Source of the DNA: the human T2T-CHM13v2.0 reference genome, Homo sapiens
NCBI RefSeq assembly: GCF_009914755.1
Contig: NC_060927.1
Reading direction: 5' to 3' (one strand)
Length of the DNA: 64,000 bases
Shown one piece after another: positions 15,801 to 29,215 of this stretch (the first letter of the stretch is position 1; every line of letters begins with the position of its first letter). The translations under genes were made by a program, and so were the position numbers. The notes beneath the pieces are model-generated. The model did no database searches. It saw nothing but the letters and a program-made list of their open reading frames with translations, and was not told the origin of the DNA.

Positions 15801-18437
15801 AAGATCAGAGCAGAACTAAATGAAATTAAAACAAAAAAAATACAAAAGATAAATGAAACAAAAAGCTGGTTTTCTGAAAAGAGAAATAAAATTGATAGAC
15901 CATTAGCAATATTAACCAAGAAAAGAGGAGAGAAAATCCAAATAAGCTCAATAAGAAACAAAACGGGAGATATTACAACTGACAACACAGAAATACAAAA
16001 GATCATTCAAGGCTACTATAAACACCTTTATACTCATAAACTAGAAAACCTAGAAGAGAAGAATAAATTCCTGGAAAGATAGAACCCTCCTAGCTTAAAT
16101 CGGGAAGAATTAGGTACCCTGAACAGACCAATAACAAGCAGTGAGATTGAAATGGTAATTTAAACATTACCAACAACAAAAAAAAGCCCAGGACCAGACG
16201 GATTCACAGCAGAATTCTACTGGACATTCAAAGAAAAACTGGTACCAATCCTATTGACACTATTCGACAAGATAGAGAAAGAGGGAACCTTCCCTAAACC
16301 ATCCCATGAAGACAGCATCACCTTAATACCAAAACCAAGAAAGGACATTAAAAAAAGAAAACTACAGACCAATACCCCTGATGAACACAGATGCAAAAGT
16401 CCTTAACAAAATATGAGCTATCTGAATCCAACAACATGTCAAAAAGATAATCCACCATGATCACATAGGTTTCATATTAGGAATGCAAGGATAGTTTAAC
16501 ATACGTAAGTCAATAAATGTGACACACCACATAAACAGAATTAAAAACAAAAATCCCATGATCACCTCAATCGATGCAGAAAAATATTCAACAAAATCCA
16601 GCATCTCTTTATGATTAAAACTCTCAGCAAAATCGGCATACAAGGGACATACCTCAATATAATAAAAGCCATCTATGACAAACCCACAGCCAACATAATA
16701 CTGAATGGGGAAAAGTTGAAAGCATTCCCTCTGAGAACTGGAACAAGACAAGGATGCCCACTCTCACCACTCCTCTTCAACATAGTACTGGAAGTCCTGG
16801 CCAGAGCAATCACACAAGAGAAAAAATAAAGGGCATCCAAATCGATAAAGAGGATGTCAAGCTGTCCCTATTTGCTGACGCTATGATCATTTACCTTGAA
16901 AACCCTAAGGACTCCTCCAGAAAACTCCTAGAACTGATAAAAGAATTCGGTAAAGTTTCCGGATACAAGATTAATGTACATAAATCAGCAGCTCTTCTAT
17001 ACACCAACAGCGACCAAGCAGAGAATCAAATCAAAAACTCAACCCCTTTTACAATAGCTGCCAAAAAATAAAAATAAAATACTTAGGAATATATCTAACC
17101 AAAGAGTCAAAAGGCCTCTTCTACAAGGAAAACTACAAAACACTGCTGAAAGAAATCACAGACAACACAAACAACTGGAAACACATCCCATACTCATGGA
17201 TGGGTAGAATCAATATTGTGAAAATGACCATATTGCTACAAGCAATCTACAAATTCAATGCAATTCCTATCAAAATACTGCCATCATTCTTCACAGAATT
17301 AGAAAAAACAATTATAAAATTCAAATGAAATCAAAAAAGTGCCTGAATACCCAAAGCAAGACTAAGCAAAGAGAACAAATCTACAGGCATCACATTACCT
17401 GATCTCATACCATAAGGCCAAAGTCACCAGAACAGCATGGTACTGATATAAAAATAAACACCTAGATCAAGGGAAGAGAATAGAGAACACAGAAATAAAC
17501 CCAAATACTTACAGCCAAGTGGATCTTTGACAAAGCAAACAAAAACATAAAGTGAGGAAAGAACACTCTTTTCAACAAATGGTGCTGGGATAATTGGCTA
17601 GCCACATGTAGGAGAATGAAACTGGAGCCTCATCTCTCACCTTGTACAAAAATCAACTCAAGATGGATTAAGGACTTAAATCTAAGACCTGAATCTATAA
17701 AAATTTTAGAAGATGACATTGGAAAAACCCTTCTAGACATTGGCTTAGGCAAGGATTTTATGACCAAGAACCCAAAACAAATGCAATAAAAACAAAGATA
17801 AATTGCTCGGAGTTAACTGAACTAAAGAGCTTTTGCATACCAAAAGGAACAGTCAGCAGAGTAAACGGATAACCCACAGAGTGGGAAAAAATCTTCACAA
17901 TGTATACATCTGACAAAGGACTAATATCCAGAATCTATAATGAATGCAAACAAATCAACAAGAAAAAAACAAACAATCTCATCAAAAAGTGGGGTAAGGA
18001 TATGAATAGACAATTCTCAAAGAAGACATACAAATGGCCAAAAAACATATGAAAAAGTGCTCAACATCACAAATGATCAGGGAAATGCAAATCAAAACCA
18101 CAGTGCGGTACCACCTTATTCCTGCTAGAATGGCCATAATCAAAAAATAGTAGATGTTGGCATGGATGTGATGAAAAGGGAACTTTTCTACACTGCTGGT
18201 GGGAATGTAAACTAGGACAACCACTGTGGAAAACAGTGTGGAGATTCCTTAAAGAACTAAAAGTAGAACCACCATTTGATCCAGCAATCCCACTCCTGGA
18301 TATCTACCCAGAGGAAAGGAAGTATAGGAAAAAGCTACTTGCACACGTGTTTATAGGAGCACAATTCACAACTGCAAAAACGTGGAACTAACCCAAATGC
18401 CCATCCATCAACAAGTGGATAAAGAAACCATGGTATA
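12890..18437 (+). mobile_element. L1PB-type element, near full length (shortened 5'UTR, ORF1, ORF2), decayed, 3' end missing
   Basis: L1PB-like 5' start (ggatgggaggcagactagattgcagctc); ORF1 piece MDSNQEEIPDLPEKEFRRLVIKLIRE; ORF2 EN/RT pieces with frameshifts; deletion near 15010. Confidence 0.88.
13842..14462 (+). mobile_element. 5'-truncated L1PA (L1PA5-like) nested in L1PB ORF1
   Basis: L1PA 3' end with poly(A); perfect 19-bp TSD aagaataataggtgttcct (13823-13841 and 14463-14481). Confidence 0.92.
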
Positions 18438-18827
<390 letters not shown>

Positions 18828-18879
18828 CTACTTTACTGATGACAAAAATTAAAGTTCAGAAGGGTGAAAATGCAAAGAG

Positions 18880-19140
18880 AAGCAGTATGGCACAGGAATT
18901 AACAGCAAGGACTTTGAAGTTAGACCAACATAGGTTTGGATTCTTATTTTACCACCTTATAACCATAAATCCTTGGGCAAGTTAATTACCATAATTTCTA
19001 CCTCTACACATTGATCTTCTCATCTCTAAAATGGGAAGAATAATATCTCCCTTACAAAGTTGTTAAGATTCAATGAGATAATAGATGGAAAGCAGTTAGC
19101 ATAATTCCTGGCACATAGTAAATACACAATAAATGGAATA
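18880..19140 (+). mobile_element. MIR
   Basis: ccttgggcaagttaatta...catctctaaaatgggaagaataata...cctggcacatagtaaatacacaataaatg. Confidence 0.8.
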
Positions 19141-21389
19141 TCACTTAATTTTCAAATTTCTGTAATAATTTTCATATTATTGTAGTCTTGCTCAAAGCTA
19201 TAAACTACCCTTTCAAATAATACTTATAATTTACTATGCTCTGTAATCTTGATAAAAAATCTTATTAGATGTTTGCAATTTTCAATATACAATTAAAGTA
19301 TATAATTAAACAGTTAGCAATGACTACAGTACACATAGCTCTTCATAGCACACAGCCACAGCCCAAACACCTTTCATCAACTATTGAAAACTTATCCAGT
19401 TTGGGTACCCTGAGGAAACAAGGAACTTTGTGTGATAGCCTTGAAGAACACAAATCTATAAACTGAGAGCTAAATTAACAATACCTAGCTGTCTTTTGCA
19501 GTACAGGTTTATAAATTAGCACAGTCAAGGACATTCCAGGGCTAGCCAGCATTTCAGAAGTTCTGAATTTCTGCAAGGAATTGAAGTATATAAAGGTGTA
19601 TACTTCATCTTTCATACTATCTGAATCTGGAAGGAAGAACTAAAGTTGTCATTTCACACATTTACCCAATTTTTTCCTAAGTATGTAAACAGTATCAGTA
19701 CGTAAGGTATTATTTATTTAATTTTATTTACTAATACTATGAAATCCCACTTCGAAATATCATAAATACACTAAACCAAAGCAGAAACAAATTTTGAAAT
19801 GCAGTGAGAGGTAGCAGAAAGTATACTGGCCTGAGAAGTAGTATCATTTTCTGACTGTGTCTCTGCATGATTATTCTCTCTGACTCTTAGTTTTCTCAAT
19901 TGCAAACTACAGGTTCCTTCCTTGTTTAAATAGCAAGGAAACTGTCATATTCAAATAACTTAATAATGCAGGGAAAACTCTGAGGAACTAGAAAGAGCTA
20001 TTAACATACAACTTCATATATAGAGCAAATTTTTAGAGAAATGAAGTCTTTGCTGAAAGATAACATAATTATATCCATTAATAAATCTATAATGAGCCAA
20101 AAATTACAATACTAATTTAGTTTTCATTTTGCTGCAATGAATTCCTTTCTAAAATTGTGCTATGTGGCATTTTAAGAGGATTCTCATAACTCTATGCTTG
20201 TCCCAGATGATATAATTTAAAATATACCTTCTAAATCAGCATCTTAAAGGTATGTATAAAAAATTTAATCTTTGAGTAACTTTATTAAAGAGATTCACAG
20301 ATTAGTTTCTAAATTTGTTCTTTTATTAAGCTAAATTTTAAGTGAATAATTATCACTCAACTAGATTACTGGCTTTAAAAATCTTAAAATGACAGGAACA
20401 CTGCAATATCCAAATAGTTTTACCATCACATATCTGGAATACGTAATTCTTTTTAATTTTAAACACATATAAATTTAAGACAAAGATAAATAAATATATT
20501 TACAGAAATTCCAAGTACCAGCAGCTAACTCTTCTTAATGGAATATGGGTACACTATCTCCATATTTCTCTAACGATCTCTGGTACAAACTGATGAAAGC
20601 AGAAGAAAGATAGTTTATTTTCTCAAAAGCCTTGTATAAGTGTCCCACTAGGTTCTTTCTTTCCTATTGACAAAGACTTATAGATGTCTGGAATTTTCTC
20701 CCAGGAAAATAGATATGAACCATACATGGAGATAAAACTAACACTAAAATGCAGTTTACATATTTTTAAAAAATAAATGTGCATTCCACATACTGCTAGT
20801 TTGATATTTCTAAAACTCTTTTGATACTGCTAAAACCCTTTTCTCCATTACTTACAAGATTGATTTGAACTGTCTTTTCTATTTTTCTTCTCAATTTTAT
20901 CCTGAAATCAAAAAGCCAAACTGCCCTCACATAAAAGGCAAGATACTTAGTTCACTACTTTAGATTCCAGAAAGCAAATAAAATGTCCAACAAAATACCA
21001 TTTCTGGAACTGAATGAGTAATTTCAGTTTACTCAATGATTAAACTTTAGGATAAAATTAAAATGCAAAAATAAATGTTTCTCCCTCTTATCTTTCTAAA
21101 ATTTTAAGTCCTGAGTAGAAATGAAAATAAAACAAAAAGCCTCATATCAAAGTTAAGCAAAGACTGAAAAAAGCCTAAGTCTCCTATTATATATAGCAAG
21201 TATCAGGTAGAAAACATCTATCCAAAGCCATACACAAGAGTTCTCCAGTTTCCTTATTTGACGCTTGTAATATCTCTTTTCCTGGTTGTCACCAAAATTA
21301 CTGAGTATATAATTGGTTCTTACAGGGAAAATATATGTTAGACAAAGAGTCTAGAGATGTAACTCTGGTGAGAAGCAATCTCTTTCTTT

Positions 21390-22075
21390 TATCCAGCAAA
21401 CATTAATTGAGCATTTAATAAGTGTCCAGTACTATATTAGGAATAAAGAAAAAATAAGAAATAAAATATAGTTCCTATCCTCAGGAAGTTTGCTACAGGG
21501 AGGAAGAGAACTAAAAATCACAACATAGTGTGATAAGCGTTATGATATACTAACAAGCTGTTTAGCAAGAAAAAGAAAGGGATCATATATAGATTTGGAG
21601 GGTGGAATCAAGGAAGGCTTCCTTAAAAAAAAAAAGGGAGGGGGGGGATAGTTTCCAAGACAAGAAAACAAACAGGATGTATACAACAGTATATACATTC
21701 AGTAAGCTGAAAATAGTTCCCTAAACCTGAAGTACATTGTGAATATGGAGGAACAGACAGACACAAAGCTAGAGATAAGCAAAGGCGAGATCATTAAGGG
21801 CCTTGTGTGCCAAACTAAGAAGTTTGAACTTTATCCAGAAGATTATGTGGAGCCATTGAAAGATGTTAAACTAGTAAGTGGCAAGTAAGATCTGCCTTTT
21901 AGAATAAATATTTTGACAACAACATAAAGAATAAAACAAGAAGAAAAAGACTACGTAAAGGAAACCTAATCAAGTTACTACCATAGTAATAAAGGCACGA
22001 AGTTATTAGGGCTTGAACTGATGCACTGGCAATAAAGATGGAGAACAGATCCTTTAAAAGACAGATTTAGGGGTT
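21390..22075 (-). mobile_element. L2 remnant (continues at about 23870-24070 beyond the retrocopy)
   Basis: cagcaaacattaattgagcattta start and gggccttgtgtgccaaactaagaagtttgaactttatcc...gagccattgaaagatg are typical L2 3' region sequence. Confidence 0.65.
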
Positions 22076-22091
22076 AAAAATAACTATATAT

Positions 22092-23853
22092 GGCCACACA
22101 GCATGGGGCAGTGTGGGGTCACCATAACAGCTACAGCAGCTGCAGGTGACGAGTGGTAGAATCGATGGTGAAGAGTCTGGAGAGAGAGAACATCCGGAAG
22201 ATGCAGGGTCTCACGTTCCGGTGCAGCACCAGCTGCTGTGAGGACAGCCAGGCCTCCCTGCAGCAGGTGCACCAGTGCATCAAGCACTGCCATGTGCTTC
22301 TGGCTCAAGCCCAGGCTTTGGTCACCAGTGAGTTGGAGAAGTTCCAGGACCACCTGGCCCAGTGTACCACGCAATGCAACAACAAAGCCAAAGATTCAAT
22401 AGCTGCTGGGAGTAAGGAGCTTCAGGTGAAGCAGCAGCTGGACGGTTGTGTGACCAAGTGTGTGGATGACCACATGCACCTCATCCCAACTATGACCAAG
22501 AAGATGAAGGAAGCTCTCTTAGCCATTGGGAAATAAAAGTCTTTGCCAGTGGCCATGGGGGCTGAGGGCAAGAATATATTTTTTATAAGGCATTTGGGAA
22601 CTTTAGTATTTTAAGCAAAGTTTATGAATGAAGAAATTAAGGATGGCCACAAGTGTAATGCATATGTCACTTGCCTCTAGACACTGGTTCTTTCATGTTT
22701 CAGTCCTAAAACATGAAATGGAAAAAAGTGGTGTTAAATTGGGTCAGAGATTTACAGGAGAGTTTTAGATCTTATATTTCCTGTGGCCAGTGCTTGTCCT
22801 GGCAGTAAGGATCTCCCCTGTAACAGGCCAGAGCCCTCCAACACACCAGACTCTTCTTACTACACAGGTACCAATAGGCTGGCAGGTTAGAGTTGGTGGA
22901 GTTTGAAGAAAGATATTTTCTCTTTGTTGCCAACATCCTGTTTACCAGAAGTGTCACCACACCATTTTCCATAAGCTGTGAAACAAAATCCATGAGGTCA
23001 CTAACTTAGAAGGGAAAAAAAAGTTTTCTGGGTCTTTGTTTTCTTGGTTTTGTGTAATTTATACAAGGGCATACAAGTTGATTTTAAGATGTGGAATTGG
23101 GAGGGAGACTAGTTTGGATAAGAACTTTGAAAGGTTCCTTGATCCCCATTTCTGGTCATCAAGATGTGGATGTACATTTCTTAAAATTATTACATGCTGC
23201 ATCTTTCAGCCTGGAGACCATGCAAAAACATGAGAGGCGAGGACACACTAATTACGGGAAGCATAATTACTGCCTGATGGACCCTGAGGCTGTGTGTAGC
23301 AAAATGACAGGACAATCTTGCAGTAACACTTTCCCCTTGGAAGAGAAAGGGGTTTTGATTGTGATATATACTAGTATCTAGGAATGAACAGTAAAAGAGG
23401 AGCAGTTGGCTACTTGATTATAAAAGTTATGAAGTACTGGATTTGGAAAAACCTGGTTTTTATAGAACAGATAGAATGAAAGCCTAAACCTAGCATTACA
23501 TACTTAGCCCCCTGAATTAACAGAGCACAACTAAGACAAACCCCTGGCAGCAGGAAATTCAAGGAAGAAAAAGTAAGCAACTTGGGCTAGGATGAGCTGA
23601 CTTCTTTAAAGCAAAGGAGAGGCAGCCCCCATTACCAAATACCATTTTTGCCTGGGGCTTTTGCAACACAGTGTTCCTGCCCCAGCATGGCACCTTATTG
23701 TTTTGATAGCAACCTCATTGTATTTTCACCAACTTATTACTTGAAGTGATAACATAGCCTGTCCATTTACTGTTTCCAGGCTATGATATATTTTCCTAGT
23801 GGTTTGGTTTTAAAATTAAATAAGGTTTAATTTTCTACCGCCCCCCAAAAAAA
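22092..23853 (+). pseudogene. Processed pseudogene (retrocopy) of FAM136A
   Basis: Intronless copy of the FAM136A coding sequence (VESMVKSLERENIRKMQG...KEALLAIGK, stop at 22536). Start codon degraded to ATA (about 22124) with indels in the first codons. Long 3'UTR and short A-tail at about 23847-23853; both flanks are aaaaa(t)atatat-like (degenerate TSD). Inserted into an L2 remnant. May be the annotated FAM136CP (from memory, unverified). Confidence 0.9.
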
Positions 23854-25495
23854 TATATATATGTATATATGTTAAACGACTGGATATAAGGATAAGGAAA
23901 AAAGAGGAGTCAAAGACAATTCCCAAGTTCTAATTTGTAAGTAGTGTCAATCACTCAGATAGAGGGGAATACAAAAACAGGCACAAGTTTGAGAAAAGAT
24001 GAGGTTCTCACTTTACAACAAGTTGAGTTTAGGACACCTGGAGCTGAGGAAAGAGGTCTGGACTAGCTGGTAGCTCACCCACTAACTGAACAATAGACAA
24101 CAACAATTTTAAAACACAGCAAAAAACAAATTAGAATCTTACTGGGACTCTTTACTTCATATTATATTTGAATTTCATGAGCACATAATCTATGTGCTAA
24201 AAATTCCTAGTGGTAAAACTATTATTCTGAGAGAATGGACTACCACACTGTTCTGATTGGAAAAAGGATAGATGTAGGATGAGGCGATTGATGAGTTTGT
24301 TGTCATTTGAAGAGAGTTTAAAGGTTCCTTTCAAAAGAGTCAAAGATATTAGAAAGCCATTCCTTTAAGTAGCCCTTTTATTTACATCTGTCAGTGCAGT
24401 AAGAGATTAACCTGTACTGGGGAAGAAATCTGCTAGAATATAGAATGAGAGCAAGCTGCTTCATAAATTACTGATGCTAAGCTGTCTGACTCTTAAGATT
24501 TACAGTGTTTTAGAAAATTAAATTTATATCAGGTATGAGCTAGTAAGAAATTTCTTCGTTAAACTTGGCTTTTTATGATTTTGTCTTTTTAAAAGAAGTA
24601 TTATCTTTAAAAATTAATGTGTAATATCTTCAGATGTTTTGACAAGAATTCTACTTTTATTTTAAAAATAACTGTGTTGAAAGTTAGCAGTTTTTATCTG
24701 GGTCTTGGTTTAAAGTACTTATATACTGTCATTCAGATTACAGACCATATAACCAAAGTACTGTCTCGCTAATTGTAGGTTATTCTAACTGAAAATAAAG
24801 TACCTTCCCTCCAAAACATTCATTTAATGGCTGAAATTGTAAATCGTGATGTATAAAAGATATTATGTTATAGATTCCTAGAGCTAATTCCTAGTTTTCA
24901 GCCCCAAACTCCCATATAATTCTTTCAAAAAACACAAAACAGAAATTGGTCTCGTTACTCTACAAAATTAAACTGAACATTTACTATTAAAAACCTAGAG
25001 GCAATATTTTAACATCATCTCCTGTTTTAAAAATTCATTTAAAATACAAGCTCAAAAAAGTCAAAAGTGGTTAGGATCTAGATTAGATAACATTTTGAAA
25101 GAATGTTAAAGATGAAGAAAATATTAATGCACATATATACACACACATTTATATGCATATAATACATATACACACACGTATATATATGTATCTTCATTTT
25201 AATCATAAAATAATCCCTAAAAAGATGTGTACATGTATCAAATTTAAATAAGTTAAATGTACTAATGATACTCGTTTTTAAATATAATTCCATGTCAATC
25301 TGCTTAATGAAGTACAGAAACATCAGCTAACTTTGTAAATTAAGATAGGCAGCTTTAAGATTTGCTTTAGAGTGTGGTATGCCTATATATGCAAATCTTC
25401 TTTCAGGTCATTTCAACAATTTTATCATTAGGAGTACGGGATTAATATTATTTCAAATGTGGTAAGTTGAACAAAATCAATACTGAACAACATAC

Positions 25496-25693
25496 CTTTC
25501 AGATAAATTAAGGCTTTGGCGAAGAGGTTCTAATTTTTGACATGTCTCTAGGCTGTCAACAGATGTCGAAGGCAATGAGTCTGATTGCACCTTGTTGGCA
25601 TCACATAAATTAGCATCGTTTCTAGGTAGGGTCTTTCTGAATTTTCGTCCTAAATCCGTCCATAGGACATTCGTCAACATAACTTTGAGTTGC
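25496..25693 (-). CDS. SENP7: SENP7 coding exon (198 nt, phase 2-2; probably exon 5), first HP1-box repeat
   Basis: Acceptor tatatactaattatttatgtgtataacag|G with a TACTAAT branch-point-like motif; donor GAAAG|gtatgt. Encodes (R)[65 protein letters not shown](R). Exon number is from memory. Confidence 0.93.
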
Positions 25694-26784
25694 CTGTTAT
25701 ACACATAAATAATTAGTATATATGGTACTACACATTGTAGAATACATGAATTCATCACAAACTAATATCTCCAGAAACTGTAAACTTCAGTTCCTCAAGC
25801 AACTATAGTAAATACCCTAAGAAAAAAGAAAAAATGCCTAACTATTATCAAAGATACCTTAAAAAGTAAAATCTATTTCACTTAAGTTGGGATTTTCTTC
25901 AGAATTCTGTCAAGTTTACTACAACTATCATTACACATGTACAGCTGCTAGACTCCTGGCAATGCATTCATGTTTATTAACAATGTTAGTTGAAGGACAG
26001 TGTTCATTTGCAGATCTCATCACAGATGTAACCACTGTTTGTGCTAAAAATGTGTTTTTGTTTTAGCATTTGTTGATTCAGAAAACATTATTAAAACTAA
26101 GGGTCCACTACTGCATCACTTACATTCTTAAGGCTATACAGTCTTAAGATACAGATTTAATTTTACCTTATTTCTAAAATAGGTCAACTTAAAAAATTTA
26201 CCTTACTGTACCTATACCAATTTCAAAAAAAAAAAAAGACTGACAAATGCAAGCAGTTCCAGCAACACTTTTGCCCATCATGTTTTACCCATCTTCTCAT
26301 TCAATACATCTTTATGCTGAATATTTGAATAACTATGTTTAGTTCTGGAATTCCAAAAACTATGGAATATAGTTTCTGCAGTGGTGTGAACAGGCTACCA
26401 AGTGCATTTAAAACAATGTCAAGTGAGGAATGGCTGAAAGTACTGGGAAATGTTTAATCAGAAGAGTGTCTATTTTACTACCTATGAAACAGTTTTAGGC
26501 ACTTTTTGTTTGTTTGCTTAACAAACACAAGAATATTAAGAAACAGCAATATGTTCACATGTTTTCAAGATAAAACGGGAACTCTCAAAAAAAAAAAACC
26601 ACTTGTTTGCAGCAGCCATTTGAGTGTATATCCCCAAACCATCTAGTGGGAAGAGGGTACAAGTTCCCAGGGTACTTCCATAGAACACTGAAAACTCCAA
26701 ACATGTTGCACACACACAAAAAAAAATTAAGCTATTAGTTTTAAAATTATTAAAAAATAAATGACATCTCTATGGATCAATAAT

Positions 26785-27320
26785 AATTCATTCTACAAGC
26801 ACTTACTGAACATCTTCCAGCAAAACAACGATGCTAGTATAATCTGGAGTTTCAGCTACAAACAAAATAGTTGAGTTTTTGCCTTCATGGGGTGTACATT
26901 ACAGAGAATAAACCAATTCATTATTTAATTAGAATTCTAATATGTGCTATGAAGAAGAAATACAGATGTTGCACTTCTTCTGAGCCAAGTTTCTGAGAAT
27001 ATGACCTTGAAGCTGAAGTCTCAAAGAAGGACAGGCACTATCCAAAGGAAACAAGTAAAAAATGGAGAAAGGTCCAAAAAACAGGACAAAATGCAAATGT
27101 TTTGAGTAAAGCTTCTTCAAAGAAATTAAAGGACTTACCTGACTCATGTACTTAGAATAAAGAGGTAATGTGTCTAAGAATGGGCAGTTAGGCAGGACTT
27201 AGCAAACCATATTAAGGATGTGAGACTTTATGTCAACAACAATGGAAATCCACTAGTCTTAATTAGGAAACACTGAGATCAGAGCTACACTTTTAAAAGA
27301 TCATTTTGATGTTTATGAAG
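26785..27320 (-). mobile_element. L2 remnant
   Basis: attcattctacaagcacttactgaaca...tttgccttcatggggtgtacatt...ctacacttttaaaagatcattttg. Confidence 0.55.
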
Positions 27321-27689
27321 AATAAAATGGAAGTGCTAGGAATAATGAGGAATAAAAATTAATTTACGGAGATGATGACTTTATCAGAGGTAGTTTAGAA
27401 GAATGGTGGGAGCAGAAACCAGAATACAGTGGGATCAGCAAAGGGAAAGGAGCAAAGGGATATAGCAAATGAAAGTAGTTGAGAAATATGGTTGTGAAAG
27501 TGGAAAATAAGACAAGACCTGAAAATAGACATGAGAAGCAGGAAAGGGTTTTTAGTCAGTTACTGGTTGATTAGTTAAAGATAGGAAAGATTTGTGTAAG
27601 TTTAAATGCTTATGGGAAGCACGTAAGGGTTAAAGACACAGAAGGCAGGATAATTAACACAGTAAGTTTCCCAAGAAATTGCATTAAGT

Positions 27690-27930
27690 GCTAATATTTA
27701 TTGAACATGTACTATATACCAGGCACTGTGCTAAGCATTTTACAATGATTTATTTCATTTAATCCTCACAACCACTCCATGAGGGGCTTACAAATTATTC
27801 TTCTCATGCAGCTGAGGAGACCAAGATAGGCTGATTAATATCTAAGTAAAACGAGTGAGTAGTGAAAATGCGATTCAGAACCACACACTCTCAAATTTCT
27901 TGCCAGCACTCTTAACTGCTTCACACTACA
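27690..27930 (-). mobile_element. MIR
   Basis: tttattgaacatgtactatataccaggcactgtgctaagcattttaca...atttaatcctcacaaccactccatgagg. Confidence 0.8.
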
Positions 27931-27989
27931 CTGGTTTATGACAGGAGAAGAGGCATTCCAACCAAGACCTTCTCTTAAAAGTGATAGGA

Positions 27990-28279
27990 GGCCAGGCGCT
28001 GTGGCTCACGCCTGTAATCCCAGCACTTTGGGAGGCCAAGGCAGGTGGATCACGAGGTGAGGAGATCGAGACCATCCTGGCTAACATGGTGAAACCCCGT
28101 CTCTACTAAAAAATACAAAAAATTAGCCGGGCATGGTGGCGGGCACCTGTAGTCCCAGCTACTCAGGAGGCTGAGGCAAGAGAATGGCGTGAACCCAGGA
28201 GGCGGAGCTTGCAGTAAGCCGAGATTGCGCCACTGCACTCCAGCCTGGGCGACAGAGCGAGACTCCGTCTCAAAAAAAA
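27990..28279 (+). mobile_element. AluY
   Basis: Y-diagnostic gagaatggcgtgaaccc and ggagcttgcag; TSD aaaagtgatagga (27977-27989 and 28280-28292). Confidence 0.92.
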
Positions 28280-28449
28280 AAAAGTGATAGGAAAGATAAA
28301 GGAACATAGGTTTGAAAAAAGTTTTCAAATAATCCTTGTAGAGAGGGGGAACACAAGCTTACTAAAGAAACACACGTTGTCTTACAGTTAAGAAATCCCT
28401 GTGAGATTAACACATTTATAATGCCACAAATATCCTTTTTTCCTGCAAA

Positions 28450-29215
28450 CAGATAATTGAGTTCACAGATGATTATTAATTGCAAAGAAGAAAAGGTGTC
28501 TTTACAATGAACAGATCTGGCAGGCACCATCTTATGCAAGTGATCAAACATAGGAGTACTAAGAGTGAAACAACCAGAAATTATGTTACCCCCTGATATG
28601 TGCAGTAAGAAGTACATGACATCAGGTATGAAATATTCCTGCCAAAAATGTAACCTGGACCTAATCATATGGGCAAGACCAATAAAATAATAAAAATATA
28701 GACTGTGAGGCATTCTACAGAACAACTGGTCTGGACTCCTCAAAACTCAATGTGATGGTTAAAAGGGAAAGGGCAGAGCAGGTGGGAACTCTTCTAGATT
28801 AAGAGACTAATGGGGTATAATAACCAAATACAATGCATGAACCTGAACTTGATTCTATTAGGTAGGTACAAAAGTAACTGCAGTTTTGGCCAAATAGATT
28901 TAAAAATAAATAAATAAAAGACATTTTGGGAATACTCGGGAAATTCTGATTGTGGACTTTATAGCAGAAGATGATATGAAATTACTGTTAATTTTCTTGA
29001 TAGTATATTATAATTGTTATGTAAGAGAATGTTATTGTTCTTAGGAAAAGCAAGCTGAAGTATCTGAAGATAAAATACCATGATGCCTGCAACTTACTCT
29101 CAAATGGTTCCCCAAAAAATGTATGTATATGTGCATGTATATATGTATATATGTGATGCCCATCTATATACATGCATAAAGAGACACCGAGAGACGGCAA
29201 ATGTGCCAAAATGTT
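28450..29215 (+). mobile_element. Ancient L1MC/L1ME 3'UTR fragment containing a half MADE1 (about 28857-28892)
   Basis: ggcaggcaccatcttatgcaagtgatcaaa...gcattctacagaacaactgg; ttaggtaggtacaaaagtaactgcagttttggcca resembles the MADE1 TIR. Confidence 0.6.

Noticed and set aside
20660-20715. Possible third degenerate copy of the SENP7 repeat exon (minus strand reads PGRKFQT)
   Set aside because: Only GRKF matches; there is no VxLTNVL motif, an early stop, and no matching donor.
25078-25323. 81-aa ORF just downstream of the 198-nt exon
   Set aside because: AT-rich, (TA/CA)n low-complexity intron sequence with no coding features.
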